Of a stretch of 64,000 bases of DNA, positions 1-8,572 are shown in pieces. The translations under genes were made by a program, and so were the position numbers. This stretch comes from a bacterium. GTDB taxonomy: Bacteria > Auribacterota > UBA3054. Below the pieces are notes generated by a model, which was given only the letters and a program-made list of their open reading frames with translations, had not been told where the DNA came from and made no database searches. Within the stretch, counting starts at the first letter, position 1; every line of letters begins with the position of its first letter. The stretch lies in assembly GCA_017616555.1 (NCBI GenBank), contig JAFZXZ010000032.1:41099-105098 (forward strand), in the 5' to 3' direction.

Positions 1-1928
1 CGGCCATTTCCGGAACGGGCGTAGGCGATTTGGGCGATCTTTTGTTCATGCCGTTTATTGGCGAAGCGCAGTCCGCGACGAATTTCTATGAATGCCCCGT
101 CAAGAAGGAGACGGAAAAATATGCTCCCGGCTACTATGCCATCGAGCTGGACCGCTTCAATGTGAAGGTCGAGACCACTTGCTCCGATCATACGGCTATC
201 TACCGCCTTGTTTATCCCAAGGGCGAAGAGCAGAAGATCATGCTCGACTTCGCAAACTGCATCGGCGACGGCGACGAGGAGAGAGTTTACAACCATGAGC
301 TGACTTTCCCGAACGACACTACGATGCTCGGCACGACGGAAAAAGGCGGCTGGGTGCATCGCCAGTACAGCTTCAAGATCGAGTTCAACCGTCCCATAAA
401 GCATCACTTCCCCCTGGAGAAGAGACTCTCAAAGAAGGGCAAGAAGGAACGCAGCGGCAGAGAGATCTTCGTTTTCGAACCGAGCGAAGAGCCCCTTATG
501 CTTAAGATCGCCTTGTCAACGGCTGATACTGACGGCGCTGCCAAGAATATGGAAGCGGAAATCCCGGGCTGGGATTTCGAAGGAGTGAAGCAGGCTGCTC
601 ACGACGCTTGGAACAAGCTTTTAGGCAGAGTGAAGGTGGAAGGTTCCGAAAAGGAAAAGAGAGTCTTCTACACCTGCATGTACCATGCGTTTGTTGCGCC
701 CTCTAACATCGCGGACGTTGACGGACGCTACAGAGGTCCGAACGGCCAGATCAGCAAAGCCGAGAACGGAAAATATTATTCCACTCTGTCCACTTGGGAC
801 ACCTTCAGGGCGCTGCATCCTCTTTTGACGATCGTGGTTCCGGAAATGGTGCCTGATCTCGTCGCCTCTATGGTCGAACATTACAAGCAGGCCGGATATC
901 TGCCGATCTGGGCCTTGTGGGGCAAGGACAACCAGTGCATGATCGGCACGCACTCCATCCCGCCGATGGTGGACGCTTACTTCAAAGGCCAGGTTCCGGA
1001 AGGCTTGGACATCTGGACTCCTATTAAGGATACTTTGACGAGAAAACATGACGGCCGTTGGAGAGAAGAATGGGAATACCTGGAAGACCCGGGTTATTAT
1101 CCCTGCGACAAGTGGTCCGAATCCGTCTCCTGCACGCTGGAATGCTCCTACGACGACTGGTGCGCCTATAAGCTCGCCGAAGCCCTGGAGAAGAAGGGTC
1201 TGGTTTCCAAGGAAGACGTCGAGTACTTCAAGAAACGCTCGGAAAACTGGAAGAACGTCATCGATCCTAAGACCGGTTTCGCCAGGCCTAAGAAACTCGA
1301 CGGTACCTGGAAGAAAGATTTCGATCCGACCAGAGTGGGCGGCGACTTCACGGAAGGCAACTCCTGGCAGTACACCTGGCACGTCATGCAGGATCCCGAA
1401 GGTCTTATAGAAGCTTTGGGCGGCAAAGAGAAGGCTCTGGCTAAGCTGGAGAGCCTCTTCGAGCAGGAAGAGAAGAGCGACAGGCTTGTGGACGTTTCCG
1501 GCCTTATCGGCGAATACGCGCACGGCAACGAGCCGAGCCACCATGTGGTCTATCTGTTCCCGTATTTCGGACGTCCTGAAAAGACCGCGGAACTCGTCAA
1601 GAAGATCTGCGACGAACTTTACGACGATACGCCGGAAGGCGTCTGCGGCAACGAGGACTGCGGACAGATGAGCGCCTGGTACGTGATGAGCTGCATGGGC
1701 TTCTATCCCATGAACCCCTGCGGTGGCGAATACGTTTTCGGCATTCCGCGCTTCTCTAAGATGACCATTGCGGTCCCGGGCCAGAATACGCTTGAAATAG
1801 ACGCCAAGGGAATCGAGACCGGCAAGAAAGTGAAGAGCGTTACTCTGAACGGCAAGAAAGAGGAAGGCTTCACCATCCAGCATGACGACCTCATTAAGGG
1901 CGGCAAGCTGGTCTACGAATTAGAATAA
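1..1928 (+). CDS. Glycoside hydrolase family 92 (alpha-mannosidase-like), 5'-truncated by the window edge
   Basis: The frame is open back to base 3 (..AISGTGVGDLGDLLFMPF..), so the listed TTG start at 30 is not the true start. GH92-like blocks are present: YYSTLSTWDTFRALHPLL, GYLPIWALWGKDNQCMIGTHSIP, FTEGNSWQYTWHV, GEYAHGNEPSHHVVYLF, GNEDCGQMSAWYV. Confidence 0.85.
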   Translation, partial: AISGTGVGDLGDLLFMPFIGEAQSATNFYECPVKKETEKYAPGYYAIELDRFNVKVETTCSDHTAIYRLVYPKGEEQKIMLDFANCIGDGDEERVYNHELTFPNDTTMLGTTEKGGWVHRQYSFKIEFNRPIKHHFPLEKRLSKKGKKERSGREIFVFEPSEEPLMLKIALSTADTDGAAKNMEAEIPGWDFEGVKQAAHDAWNKLLGRVKVEGSEKEKRVFYTCMYHAFVAPSNIADVDGRYRGPNGQISKAENGKYYSTLSTWDTFRALHPLLTIVVPEMVPDLVASMVEHYKQAGYLPIWALWGKDNQCMIGTHSIPPMVDAYFKGQVPEGLDIWTPIKDTLTRKHDGRWREEWEYLEDPGYYPCDKWSESVSCTLECSYDDWCAYKLAEALEKKGLVSKEDVEYFKKRSENWKNVIDPKTGFARPKKLDGTWKKDFDPTRVGGDFTEGNSWQYTWHVMQDPEGLIEALGGKEKALAKLESLFEQEEKSDRLVDVSGLIGEYAHGNEPSHHVVYLFPYFGRPEKTAELVKKICDELYDDTPEGVCGNEDCGQMSAWYVMSCMGFYPMNPCGGEYVFGIPRFSKMTIAVPGQNTLEIDAKGIETGKKVKSVTLNGKKEEGFTIQHDDLIKGGKLVYELE

Positions 1929-1960
1929 ATTTTATAACCACCTTTTGGAGGTTTGATCCT

Positions 1961-4744
1961 ATGAAAGGAAAGATCTTCGGCTTGGCGGTATTCGCCATGC
2001 TGTCATCCCTTTTTGCGCTGGGGGATATGACGGTCGTTTACGAAAACGATTTCGAGAGCTATGAACTCGGCGAAGTGAGAAAACCGGTTCAGGACGGCGT
2101 ACCGTATGTGGAATACAACGCGCCGACCAACATTATCTACTGCGAGGTGGAGGCGGATTGCGGCGTGGGAGATTCGAAGGGCGTTCATTTCTATCTTTTG
2201 AAATCTGACGACATGTCCGTCACCGGTGGTGCCCAGTTCAATTCCGGCATCTCGCTTGATGTTTTCAAGCAGACAAGCGAGGTGGTCTATGAGTTTGCCT
2301 GGCGTCCCACCAACGGCAATCTAGCAAGCATAGAGATGACGGACGGCACGAACCTCTTCTTCAGGCTTTACAAGAACGGCGCTTGGGGGCGTCGTTACGG
2401 TTGCACTAATTTGACGACCGGCGTAACGTGCGAAGTCCCCAACGTTGACGGCGATCCTTCGGTCGTCACGATCGGAAGCGGCCTCAACATCTTCAAGATC
2501 CACGTGCTTTTCCCGGAAGGAAGGATTACCTTGATCGAAAGGGATTACGGAGAGGAACATTTAGAATTTCCTCAACAGGATCTCTACGGAATACCGGGAG
2601 TTCTTCCCACACATATCGGCGGCGGCATAAGGGCGAGGAGCTATGGGAAGGCCGACCGCAACGGCTATCTTGACGATCTCAAGGTCTCTTATGAGGTCAT
2701 CAGCAACCCTTCCATGAACGTATCCGGCAAGACCAAGGTCCTTATCAACGATGCTGATCCGGTCCTGAACGTCAACAATATCGGCACAGGATCATTTACG
2801 GCTAACGTGGAAGTTTTGGAAGGCAGCGGGTACTTCTCCTTCGCGGAGGATACCGAGCACGCGGGGTCCTTCAGCATAGATGTTACGAAGACCGTGGCGC
2901 TGCATACCGTCATCGACAGGGAAGCCCTGGGTGTGGCTTTCGGAAGGGCGAAAGTGAAAGTGACGGGCGCCGGCAGCGAAGAGATATTGACCTATTACGT
3001 TCAGTCCGGCAATTCTGAAGAAGGATACATGCTTTATCAGAGCGATTTCGAGGATGTCATTTTAGGCCCTGTTACGGAGGTGGATCCCAACTGGGTGCCC
3101 TCCGGAACCATCGACGGCTGTGAAGTGGTCCAGGATCCCGAAGCCGGGCAGTGTTTGAAAATTCGGACCGCAAAAGCTTTGCATCTGAACTGCAATATGC
3201 CGACCGGCATGGCGGAGCAGTACGACGTGAAGGTCAGCATGAAAGTCCGCATGCCGAACTATTCGGTCCTGAGCCGCGTCGTTCTCGGCACGGACCTCAG
3301 CCACAGGCAGGGCGAATATTCCCTGCGCCCCGACGCTTCCGGGATCGTGTCTTTCACCTGCGACAACTGCGTTGACAGCTCATGCGTTGAAAACCAGGCG
3401 TCGCTGGACGAATGGATCGAAGTGGAATATACCTACAGCTCCTATGTGGCAAACCGCATCCTGCGCTCGGTCAAGTTCGGAGACGAATATTACGATCTAA
3501 ATATTCCCATCGACCTGGGCGACGCCAGCGGCATCGACAAGGACTTCTTCAACCAGTTCAGGATCTATGTTTACAATTCCGACACGCTGGTCTATTTCGA
3601 CGACTTAGCCATCTCCCTTGTTCCCAAGGCCCAGGGCAAGCCGCCGGTCATGAGAGTAGAAGCCGGGTTCGATCCGGTGCCATTTGACGTGAACACCATC
3701 CCCGTCAAGATCTTCAACGACGGAGGCGGTTACTTCAATTATGATGTTAAGCTGGTGGACGGCCTCTCCAATGTCAGGCTTTCAAAATCCAGCGGCACGG
3801 TGGAGTCCGAAGACTCCATGGAATTGATCGTCAGGCGCACCCAGCTGGGATTCGGATTCTACACTTCCACGCTGCGCTTCACCTCCACTACCGAAGGCGT
3901 GGAAAGCTTCGATTTGAAGGTGCACATCCAGTCCGGCAACCCCGATGACGGATATGTGATCTATGAAAGCGATTTCAACGATCTTTTGGTGACAACCGAA
4001 GAGGAAGGCGGATTGAAGAATGAACTAAGCGAGCAGGATTCCTGCTGGCTCATAACGAATGCCAAGAACCGCATCGATGTCATAGAGGATCCTTACGAAG
4101 GAGGGAACAAATGCCTGCGCCTCGTTGATCTGAATCATTCCAGCAGCGGCTATCATCTCGCCTTGAACATCGCCTCCAATTACGTTGATGATTTCGACGT
4201 GGTGTACGCCATGCGGCTGAACATTCCCAAATCTTACGTTAGCGACGAAGAGTTGGGCACGGCGCTTTTCTGCATATCCCAGGAGAACTCAAGCCGCAAG
4301 TGCGAGGCAAAGCTCTACCTTTACACCGAGGATTCCTCTCTGCCGGTTTACACGCATCTTGAGGACCTTGAGGATCAGGATTGGTGGGCTAAGGAAGTAG
4401 AGACTGCCAAGAAGGTGGGAAACAGCGAGTGGTTCAATTTCTACATGCGCTTCAACTGCAAGTTCGTCGATTACGATCACAAAACACTTATCGCTTATAA
4501 TTTCGGCGAAAACGAGTATAGATTCGAAGGCGAGGAAGGGTATCTGACTTATCCGAACGGGATCGCCAGCGGCGCCCTGGAAAGGGAGAACCTTACAAAG
4601 CTGAAACTGTACAGTTATAAGAAGCAGGCGGACATTCTTGTTGACGATCTGAAAGTCCTTCTGGTGCCCAAGGCTGTTCCGGAACCGGCGTTCCTGGGAT
4701 TGCTCCTTCTTGCAGCCTTTCTTGCAAGAAGATCCGGACGATGA
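1961..4744 (+). CDS. Large secreted modular protein with a C-terminal PEP-CTERM sorting signal
   Basis: N-terminal signal peptide (MKGKIFGLAVFAMLSSLFALG). The C-terminus VPEPAFLGLLLLAAFLARRSGR gives a PEP motif, a hydrophobic helix and a basic tail. Three related modules each end in a DDLK/DDLA-V..VPK-like strand, separated by two Ig-like segments that each end in (V/I)QSGN. RBS ggagg lies upstream of the ATG. Confidence 0.8.
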   Translation: MKGKIFGLAVFAMLSSLFALGDMTVVYENDFESYELGEVRKPVQDGVPYVEYNAPTNIIYCEVEADCGVGDSKGVHFYLLKSDDMSVTGGAQFNSGISLDVFKQTSEVVYEFAWRPTNGNLASIEMTDGTNLFFRLYKNGAWGRRYGCTNLTTGVTCEVPNVDGDPSVVTIGSGLNIFKIHVLFPEGRITLIERDYGEEHLEFPQQDLYGIPGVLPTHIGGGIRARSYGKADRNGYLDDLKVSYEVISNPSMNVSGKTKVLINDADPVLNVNNIGTGSFTANVEVLEGSGYFSFAEDTEHAGSFSIDVTKTVALHTVIDREALGVAFGRAKVKVTGAGSEEILTYYVQSGNSEEGYMLYQSDFEDVILGPVTEVDPNWVPSGTIDGCEVVQDPEAGQCLKIRTAKALHLNCNMPTGMAEQYDVKVSMKVRMPNYSVLSRVVLGTDLSHRQGEYSLRPDASGIVSFTCDNCVDSSCVENQASLDEWIEVEYTYSSYVANRILRSVKFGDEYYDLNIPIDLGDASGIDKDFFNQFRIYVYNSDTLVYFDDLAISLVPKAQGKPPVMRVEAGFDPVPFDVNTIPVKIFNDGGGYFNYDVKLVDGLSNVRLSKSSGTVESEDSMELIVRRTQLGFGFYTSTLRFTSTTEGVESFDLKVHIQSGNPDDGYVIYESDFNDLLVTTEEEGGLKNELSEQDSCWLITNAKNRIDVIEDPYEGGNKCLRLVDLNHSSSGYHLALNIASNYVDDFDVVYAMRLNIPKSYVSDEELGTALFCISQENSSRKCEAKLYLYTEDSSLPVYTHLEDLEDQDWWAKEVETAKKVGNSEWFNFYMRFNCKFVDYDHKTLIAYNFGENEYRFEGEEGYLTYPNGIASGALERENLTKLKLYSYKKQADILVDDLKVLLVPKAVPEPAFLGLLLLAAFLARRSGR

Positions 4745-4750
4745 TGCGAG

Positions 4751-4790
4751 GACCTGCCGGCGGATACTTGACAATGGCAGGTCTTTTTTT
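4751..4790 (+). terminator. Rho-independent terminator after the PEP-CTERM gene
   Basis: Stem gacctgcc (4751-4758) pairs with ggcaggtc (4776-4783) and is followed by a T7 run (4784-4790). The loop is long at 17 nt. Confidence 0.6.
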
Positions 4791-4797
4791 GTACACT
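4768..4797 (+). promoter_or_regulatory. Putative sigma-70 promoter for the tRNA pair (TTGACA-18-TACACT)
   Basis: TTGACA at 4768-4773 lies inside the terminator loop. TACACT at 4792-4797 is about 20 nt upstream of the tRNA-Ile 5' end. Confidence 0.4.
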
Positions 4798-4817
4798 ATG
4801 TCTAATAATGATTTCGT

Positions 4818-4894
4818 GGGCTTATAGCTCAGTTGGTTAGAGCGCGCGCTTGATAAGCGCGAGGTCGTTAGTTCAAGTCTAACTAGGCCCACCA
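4818..4894 (+). tRNA. tRNA-Ile (anticodon GAT)
   Basis: Cloverleaf readable by eye. Acceptor gggctta pairs with taggccc. D-arm agctcagttggttagagc. Anticodon stem cgcgc/gcgcg with loop ttGATaa. T-arm ggttcaagtc-like. The 3' CCA is encoded. Confidence 0.93.
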
Positions 4895-4934
4895 TCTTTC
4901 ACAGACCATAATTGCCGGGCGCAAACCTTCGAGT

Positions 4935-5010
4935 GGGGAATTAACTCAGCTGGTAGAGTGCCTGCTTTGCAAGCAGGATGTCACCGGTTCGAGTCCGGTA
5001 TTCTCCACCA
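4935..5010 (+). tRNA. tRNA-Ala (anticodon TGC)
   Basis: Acceptor ggggaat pairs with attctcc and includes the G3:U70 alanine identity pair. Anticodon stem cctgc/gcagg with loop ttTGCaa. T-arm ccggttcgagtccgg. The 3' CCA is encoded. Confidence 0.93.
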
Positions 5011-5074
5011 AGGGATTTCGCTTCGCTTTGATTTCGCATATAAAAACATATTCATCCATACACGGAGAAAAAAC

Positions 5075-6256
5075 ATGAAAAAAAGCATGTTAGTGGCCGC
5101 TCTTCTCATCGCGGTCGCCGCAAGCAGCGTAATGGCCGGATGGCAGCCTGTCCAGTTCACTTACGGTAACGACACGGTGTTCTACTATGTCAGCACCAAA
5201 GTTGGTCAGGACTGCTTCACGCTCTACAAGGACAACAATTCCTATAGAGTCTATGTCACTTTGCAGGGCGTCGGTTATGAGGAATTCAAACAATCCGTCG
5301 TCAAATGGAGCGCCGGTTCCAAACCGTCCACTGATACTGAGCTCGGTTATGGCTCCATGACCGCCTGCACTTTGACTGAAGGCTCGATGTTCGACGCCAA
5401 CGGAAACGTCAAGTTCGAAATGTACCTTGCTGATCGTTTCGCCGGAAGAAATCCGAAACTGTCCGTCGTTGTTATGCCTCATCCTACCGTGAATGCTCAC
5501 AACGGTGGTTCCCCCAGCGTGACCGTGACTTCTGCGAACTGCGACGTGTCCGGCGTCAAAGTGGTTTATTCTCCGCGCCCTGTTGATGCGAGCGGTTCTC
5601 AGCTTGCCCCGAACGGCACCGTGGTGGTGACCACCGGCACGGTTGATACTCCCTATTACTTTGGACCGAATTTCGGCCACCTTGGAACGATCGATGTCAT
5701 GGGCGGCCTCTTCGGTGACTGCAAGATCCGCGGAAACTGCGGCACTCTTCTAGCCCAGGCCCGCAAGTGCACGATCAAGCCGGGCGGCGCCAAGCAGAAA
5801 GTTCTTCAGGGCGGTTCCCTCGGCGACAGCCAGATTTTTATCGGCGGCAAGATTGGAACCATTTCCGCCCGCAACGGCCTAGTCGGCGCCGGTGGCAAAG
5901 AAGCCAAGAAGCGCATCGTCTCCGGTTATGCTGACAATGCAAATCCAAAATTTTATAGCTCTGCCGCTAACATCGGCCAAGTTGTAGTTAAGCGCGGCTG
6001 GGAAAAACCCTGCGTGGTGGCCGGCAGCGAAAGCGCTGGCAACTTTGACTCCACCGCTCCGACTTTCTACAATGGCTCCATCAAGCTGTTCCGTGTCAAC
6101 AATAAGGGAGACGGAACTTGCAGCGGTCAGACCGGCGCCGTCTTCACGAGCGACTTGCCGCCCCGTGTCACCGGCAAGATGAAATCTTCTGTCTCCGGAA
6201 ATACGATCTATGTCCAAAAACGGGGCAAATGCGATCTTAATGATTTCGTAAAGTAA
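5075..6256 (+). CDS. Secreted hypothetical protein (Gly/Val/Thr-rich, several Cys)
   Basis: I moved the start to ATG 5075 (MKKSMLVAALLIAVAASSVMA signal peptide, RBS ggag upstream), because the listed start at 4958 overlaps tRNA-Ala. I recognise no family. Confidence 0.65.
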   Translation: MKKSMLVAALLIAVAASSVMAGWQPVQFTYGNDTVFYYVSTKVGQDCFTLYKDNNSYRVYVTLQGVGYEEFKQSVVKWSAGSKPSTDTELGYGSMTACTLTEGSMFDANGNVKFEMYLADRFAGRNPKLSVVVMPHPTVNAHNGGSPSVTVTSANCDVSGVKVVYSPRPVDASGSQLAPNGTVVVTTGTVDTPYYFGPNFGHLGTIDVMGGLFGDCKIRGNCGTLLAQARKCTIKPGGAKQKVLQGGSLGDSQIFIGGKIGTISARNGLVGAGGKEAKKRIVSGYADNANPKFYSSAANIGQVVVKRGWEKPCVVAGSESAGNFDSTAPTFYNGSIKLFRVNNKGDGTCSGQTGAVFTSDLPPRVTGKMKSSVSGNTIYVQKRGKCDLNDFVK

Positions 6257-6274
6257 GGTAAAGGCATTTTGGCT

Positions 6275-6311
6275 GTTGCCCCGCTCCGGCGGGGCAACGC
6301 CTTTTTGTTTT
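6275..6311 (+). terminator. Rho-independent terminator
   Basis: A 10-bp GC-rich stem, gttgccccgc (6275-6284) with gcggggcaac (6289-6298), has loop tccg and is followed by gcctttttgtttt. Confidence 0.85.
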
Positions 6312-6335
6312 GGTTGATTAAGAAGGATGTACTGA

Positions 6336-7067
6336 ATGAAAGAAACGCTGAAAAAGCTTGTCGAACTTCAGGGGATCGATAGCGAGAAGCTCGATTTGAA
6401 GTATAAGAGACAAGAAGTGCTCAATAGCCTGGTGGCGGACAAGGAAGAATACAAGTCCTTGGAGCGTCGCGTGGCTGAAGAGAAACAGCGTCAGCAGAGC
6501 ATCAGGGAAGAAGGCCAGCGCCTTGTGCGCGAACAGGCTCAGTTGGAAGCTAGAGACAGTGAACTGAGAAAGAGGCTCGACATCGTCAGGAACACAGCAG
6601 AGAGTCAGGCAGTCGGCCGCGAGATCGTAGCCAACGAGAATAAGCTTCAGGAGCATTTCGAAAAAGTCGATCGCCAGCATTCCGATTTGGAAGAAAGCCT
6701 TCAGAGACTTGCTGCGTTGCAGTCCCAGTTTTTTACCAAAAGAGCGGAATTGGCAGATAAAATGCCCGGGATTAAGCAAACTTTGGCCGCTATGGACAAG
6801 GAGATCGAGAAAGTTGACGCTAAGCGCAAGTCCCTTTGTTCCGGGATACCGCAAGCCGTGATGCAGCAGTACACAGATCTTATCAGGACAAGGGCTCCTT
6901 ATATGGTCGTGGAAGTCCAGACTACGGGCGACGGCGACCACACCTGCTCCGGCTGCAACATCGGTCTGCCGCCTCAGGTGATAGGCGACATAATGAAAGG
7001 GGATCAGCTGGTCTGTTGCGAGAATTGCGGCCGGATCCTTTATCTGGCCGAAAAAGAGGAAAAATAA
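6336..7067 (+). CDS. Coiled-coil protein with a C-terminal C4 zinc ribbon (COG1579 / DUF164-like)
   Basis: Long heptad-rich coiled coil, then CSGCNIGLP...CCENCGRILY (CxxC...CxxC). This is the architecture of the COG1579 zinc-ribbon family. Confidence 0.7.
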   Translation: MKETLKKLVELQGIDSEKLDLKYKRQEVLNSLVADKEEYKSLERRVAEEKQRQQSIREEGQRLVREQAQLEARDSELRKRLDIVRNTAESQAVGREIVANENKLQEHFEKVDRQHSDLEESLQRLAALQSQFFTKRAELADKMPGIKQTLAAMDKEIEKVDAKRKSLCSGIPQAVMQQYTDLIRTRAPYMVVEVQTTGDGDHTCSGCNIGLPPQVIGDIMKGDQLVCCENCGRILYLAEKEEK

Positions 7068-7093
7068 AAAAGCGGCTGCGGCCGTTTTTTTTT
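7066..7093. terminator. Weak, possibly bidirectional terminator hairpin
   Basis: In aaaaaagcggctgcggccgttttttttt, a short stem (agcggc / gccgtt) is flanked by an A-run and a T9 run. Confidence 0.45.
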
Positions 7094-7106
7094 ACTTTAG
7101 ATTTTT

Positions 7107-7449
7107 GGAGATTCGTCCGGCAGTCGCCCTTCTTTGGAGGGGAGGAAAGTCCGGACTCCTGCATGCGAAACGCCGTGGGAAACCGCGGGACGCCACAAGC
7201 GGACGGATAGCGCCACAGAAAATTACCGCCGGGCAACCGGTAAGGGTGAAAAGGCGGTGTAAGAGACCACCGCCGGTCGCGGCAACGCGCCGGGCATAGG
7301 CAAGCCCCGTTTGGAGCAAGATCGTATAGGGCGCGCGGAGGCAACTCCGGGAAAGCATGTCTTCCCAGTCGCACCGGGTAGATCGCGTCAGTTGAATGAC
7401 TGCCTGAGTCGCAAGACAAGAACAGAATCCGGCTTATGGGCGAATCTCC
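7107..7449 (+). ncRNA. rnpB: RNase P RNA, bacterial type A
   Basis: Universally conserved blocks are present: GAGGAAAGTCCGGAC, CCACAGAAAA, GGTAAGGGTGAAA, GGTGTAAGAGACC and ACAGAATCCGGCTTAT. P1 closes with ggagattcgtcc (7107-) pairing to gggcgaatctcc (-7449), followed by a T-run. The ORFs listed across this span are spurious. Confidence 0.93.
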
Positions 7450-7460
7450 TTTTTTATTTT

Positions 7461-8417
7461 ATGCTTAAGCGAATAATTACAATACTTTTTCTCCTCCTCT
7501 GCACGGTCGCCGTCTCGGCGGCCAACTACGACGAAAAAGCAGGGGAGTCCTTCAATTCCGGGCTTGCTTGCGTCAGAAGCAACGATTATCGCTCAGCCCT
7601 GCGTTTTTTTAGGCAGGCTACGCAGTTTGACGCAACATTTGCCGCAGCGTACCTGAACATCGGGTCATGCCATGAGCGACTCGGGGAATTCGACAAGGCC
7701 AAACCGTTTTACGAAAAAGCTTTGAAGCTTGAGGGCGACAACGCCAATTTCGCCTTCATTTATGCCGGCGCGCTTTTGCGCCACGGAAAGATTGGAGAGG
7801 GGAAAAAATATCTTGAAAGCGCTGTTTACGCCGACCCCGCCAATCCCGATTATGTTTACGAACTCGGCGTGACCTGCCTCGTGCTTACCCAGAAGGTGGA
7901 GGCCGCCAAATGCTTCAGAGCCGCCGTGGACGTCTCCACGAACTACAGCGCAGCCTGGTTTCGGCTGGGAGTGCTGGAACTTGAGGGCGGAAAAACCAAC
8001 GAGGCATTGAGGCTCCTGGAGAAGGTCGAGCTCGACTGCGACCTAGCGCCGCAAGCGTATCATCTGAAGAGCCGTTTGAGAAAAAAGCTTGGCGACCTTG
8101 AGAGAGCGGAGAGTGACGTAAGGATGGCTCTTAAACTTTCGAAGGGTTACGAAGAAGCCTATCTTACTTTGGCGCAAATTTTGCGCGAAGAAAAAAAATA
8201 TCGAGAAGCCTGTGAACTGCTTGAGCGCGTGGAGCTGAAAGCAAGTCGCAGCAACTGGTCTTTTATGCTCGCACGTCTCTATGAGGAGTGGGGTGACGAG
8301 AGACTTGCCGCCGGAGAAGAGGAAACGGCACGCACCCTTTACAGGCAAGGATTGCGCTTCCTCCCGGAAGATCCTTCATTACTCGCCAAAAGTGCGGCGC
8401 AGGGAGGCTCAAAGTGA
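7461..8417 (+). CDS. Secreted TPR-repeat protein
   Basis: I moved the start to ATG 7461 (MLKRIITILFLLLCTVAVSAA signal peptide), because the listed start at 7311 lies inside rnpB. It has multiple TPR-like A..Y/F..G......A...Y..AL repeats. Confidence 0.75.
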   Translation: MLKRIITILFLLLCTVAVSAANYDEKAGESFNSGLACVRSNDYRSALRFFRQATQFDATFAAAYLNIGSCHERLGEFDKAKPFYEKALKLEGDNANFAFIYAGALLRHGKIGEGKKYLESAVYADPANPDYVYELGVTCLVLTQKVEAAKCFRAAVDVSTNYSAAWFRLGVLELEGGKTNEALRLLEKVELDCDLAPQAYHLKSRLRKKLGDLERAESDVRMALKLSKGYEEAYLTLAQILREEKKYREACELLERVELKASRSNWSFMLARLYEEWGDERLAAGEEETARTLYRQGLRFLPEDPSLLAKSAAQGGSK

Positions 8418-8443
8418 GGCCTTTCCTTCGCTTTGCCACTCCC

Positions 8444-8472
8444 TTGACAATAAAAGACGATTCAAGTAGAAT
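8444..8472 (+). promoter_or_regulatory. Near-consensus sigma-70 promoter for the pilus-like operon (TTGACA-17-TAGAAT)
   Basis: TTGACA at 8444-8449, an exact 17-nt spacer, and TAGAAT at 8467-8472. It sits about 100 nt upstream of the GTG start at 8573. Confidence 0.6.
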
Positions 8473-8572
8473 ATTCTCAAGTTTTATATGGCGGATTCTA
8501 ATCCTTTTCGCCATGTGAATTCGTACAAACCCTTCCCGGGAGACCGGGGCTAACTCAAAACGAAGGAAAACC

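Noticed and set aside
1377-1392. A TGGCACG...TGCA string resembling a sigma-54 -24/-12 element.
   Set aside because: The GG-to-GC spacing is two nt too short relative to the consensus, and it lies deep inside the GH92 coding sequence.
4818-5010. The tRNA-Ile/tRNA-Ala pair as evidence for an rRNA operon in the window.
   Set aside because: There is no 16S 3' end (for example the anti-SD ...CCTCCTTT context) or 23S 5' sequence flanking the pair. Both flanks are protein-coding genes with their own terminators.
4958-5074. N-terminal extension of the listed 432-aa ORF.
   Set aside because: It overlaps tRNA-Ala (4935-5010). The internal ATG at 5075 gives a clean signal peptide and has an RBS.
6922-7460. 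Several ORFs (6922-7419 minus, 7092-7358 minus, 7105-7299 plus, and 7311-7460, which is the 5' part of the 368-aa ORF).
   Set aside because: All lie within the RNase P RNA gene, whose conserved blocks and P1 closure are unambiguous. The products are Arg/Pro/Gly-rich nonsense typical of translated structured RNA.
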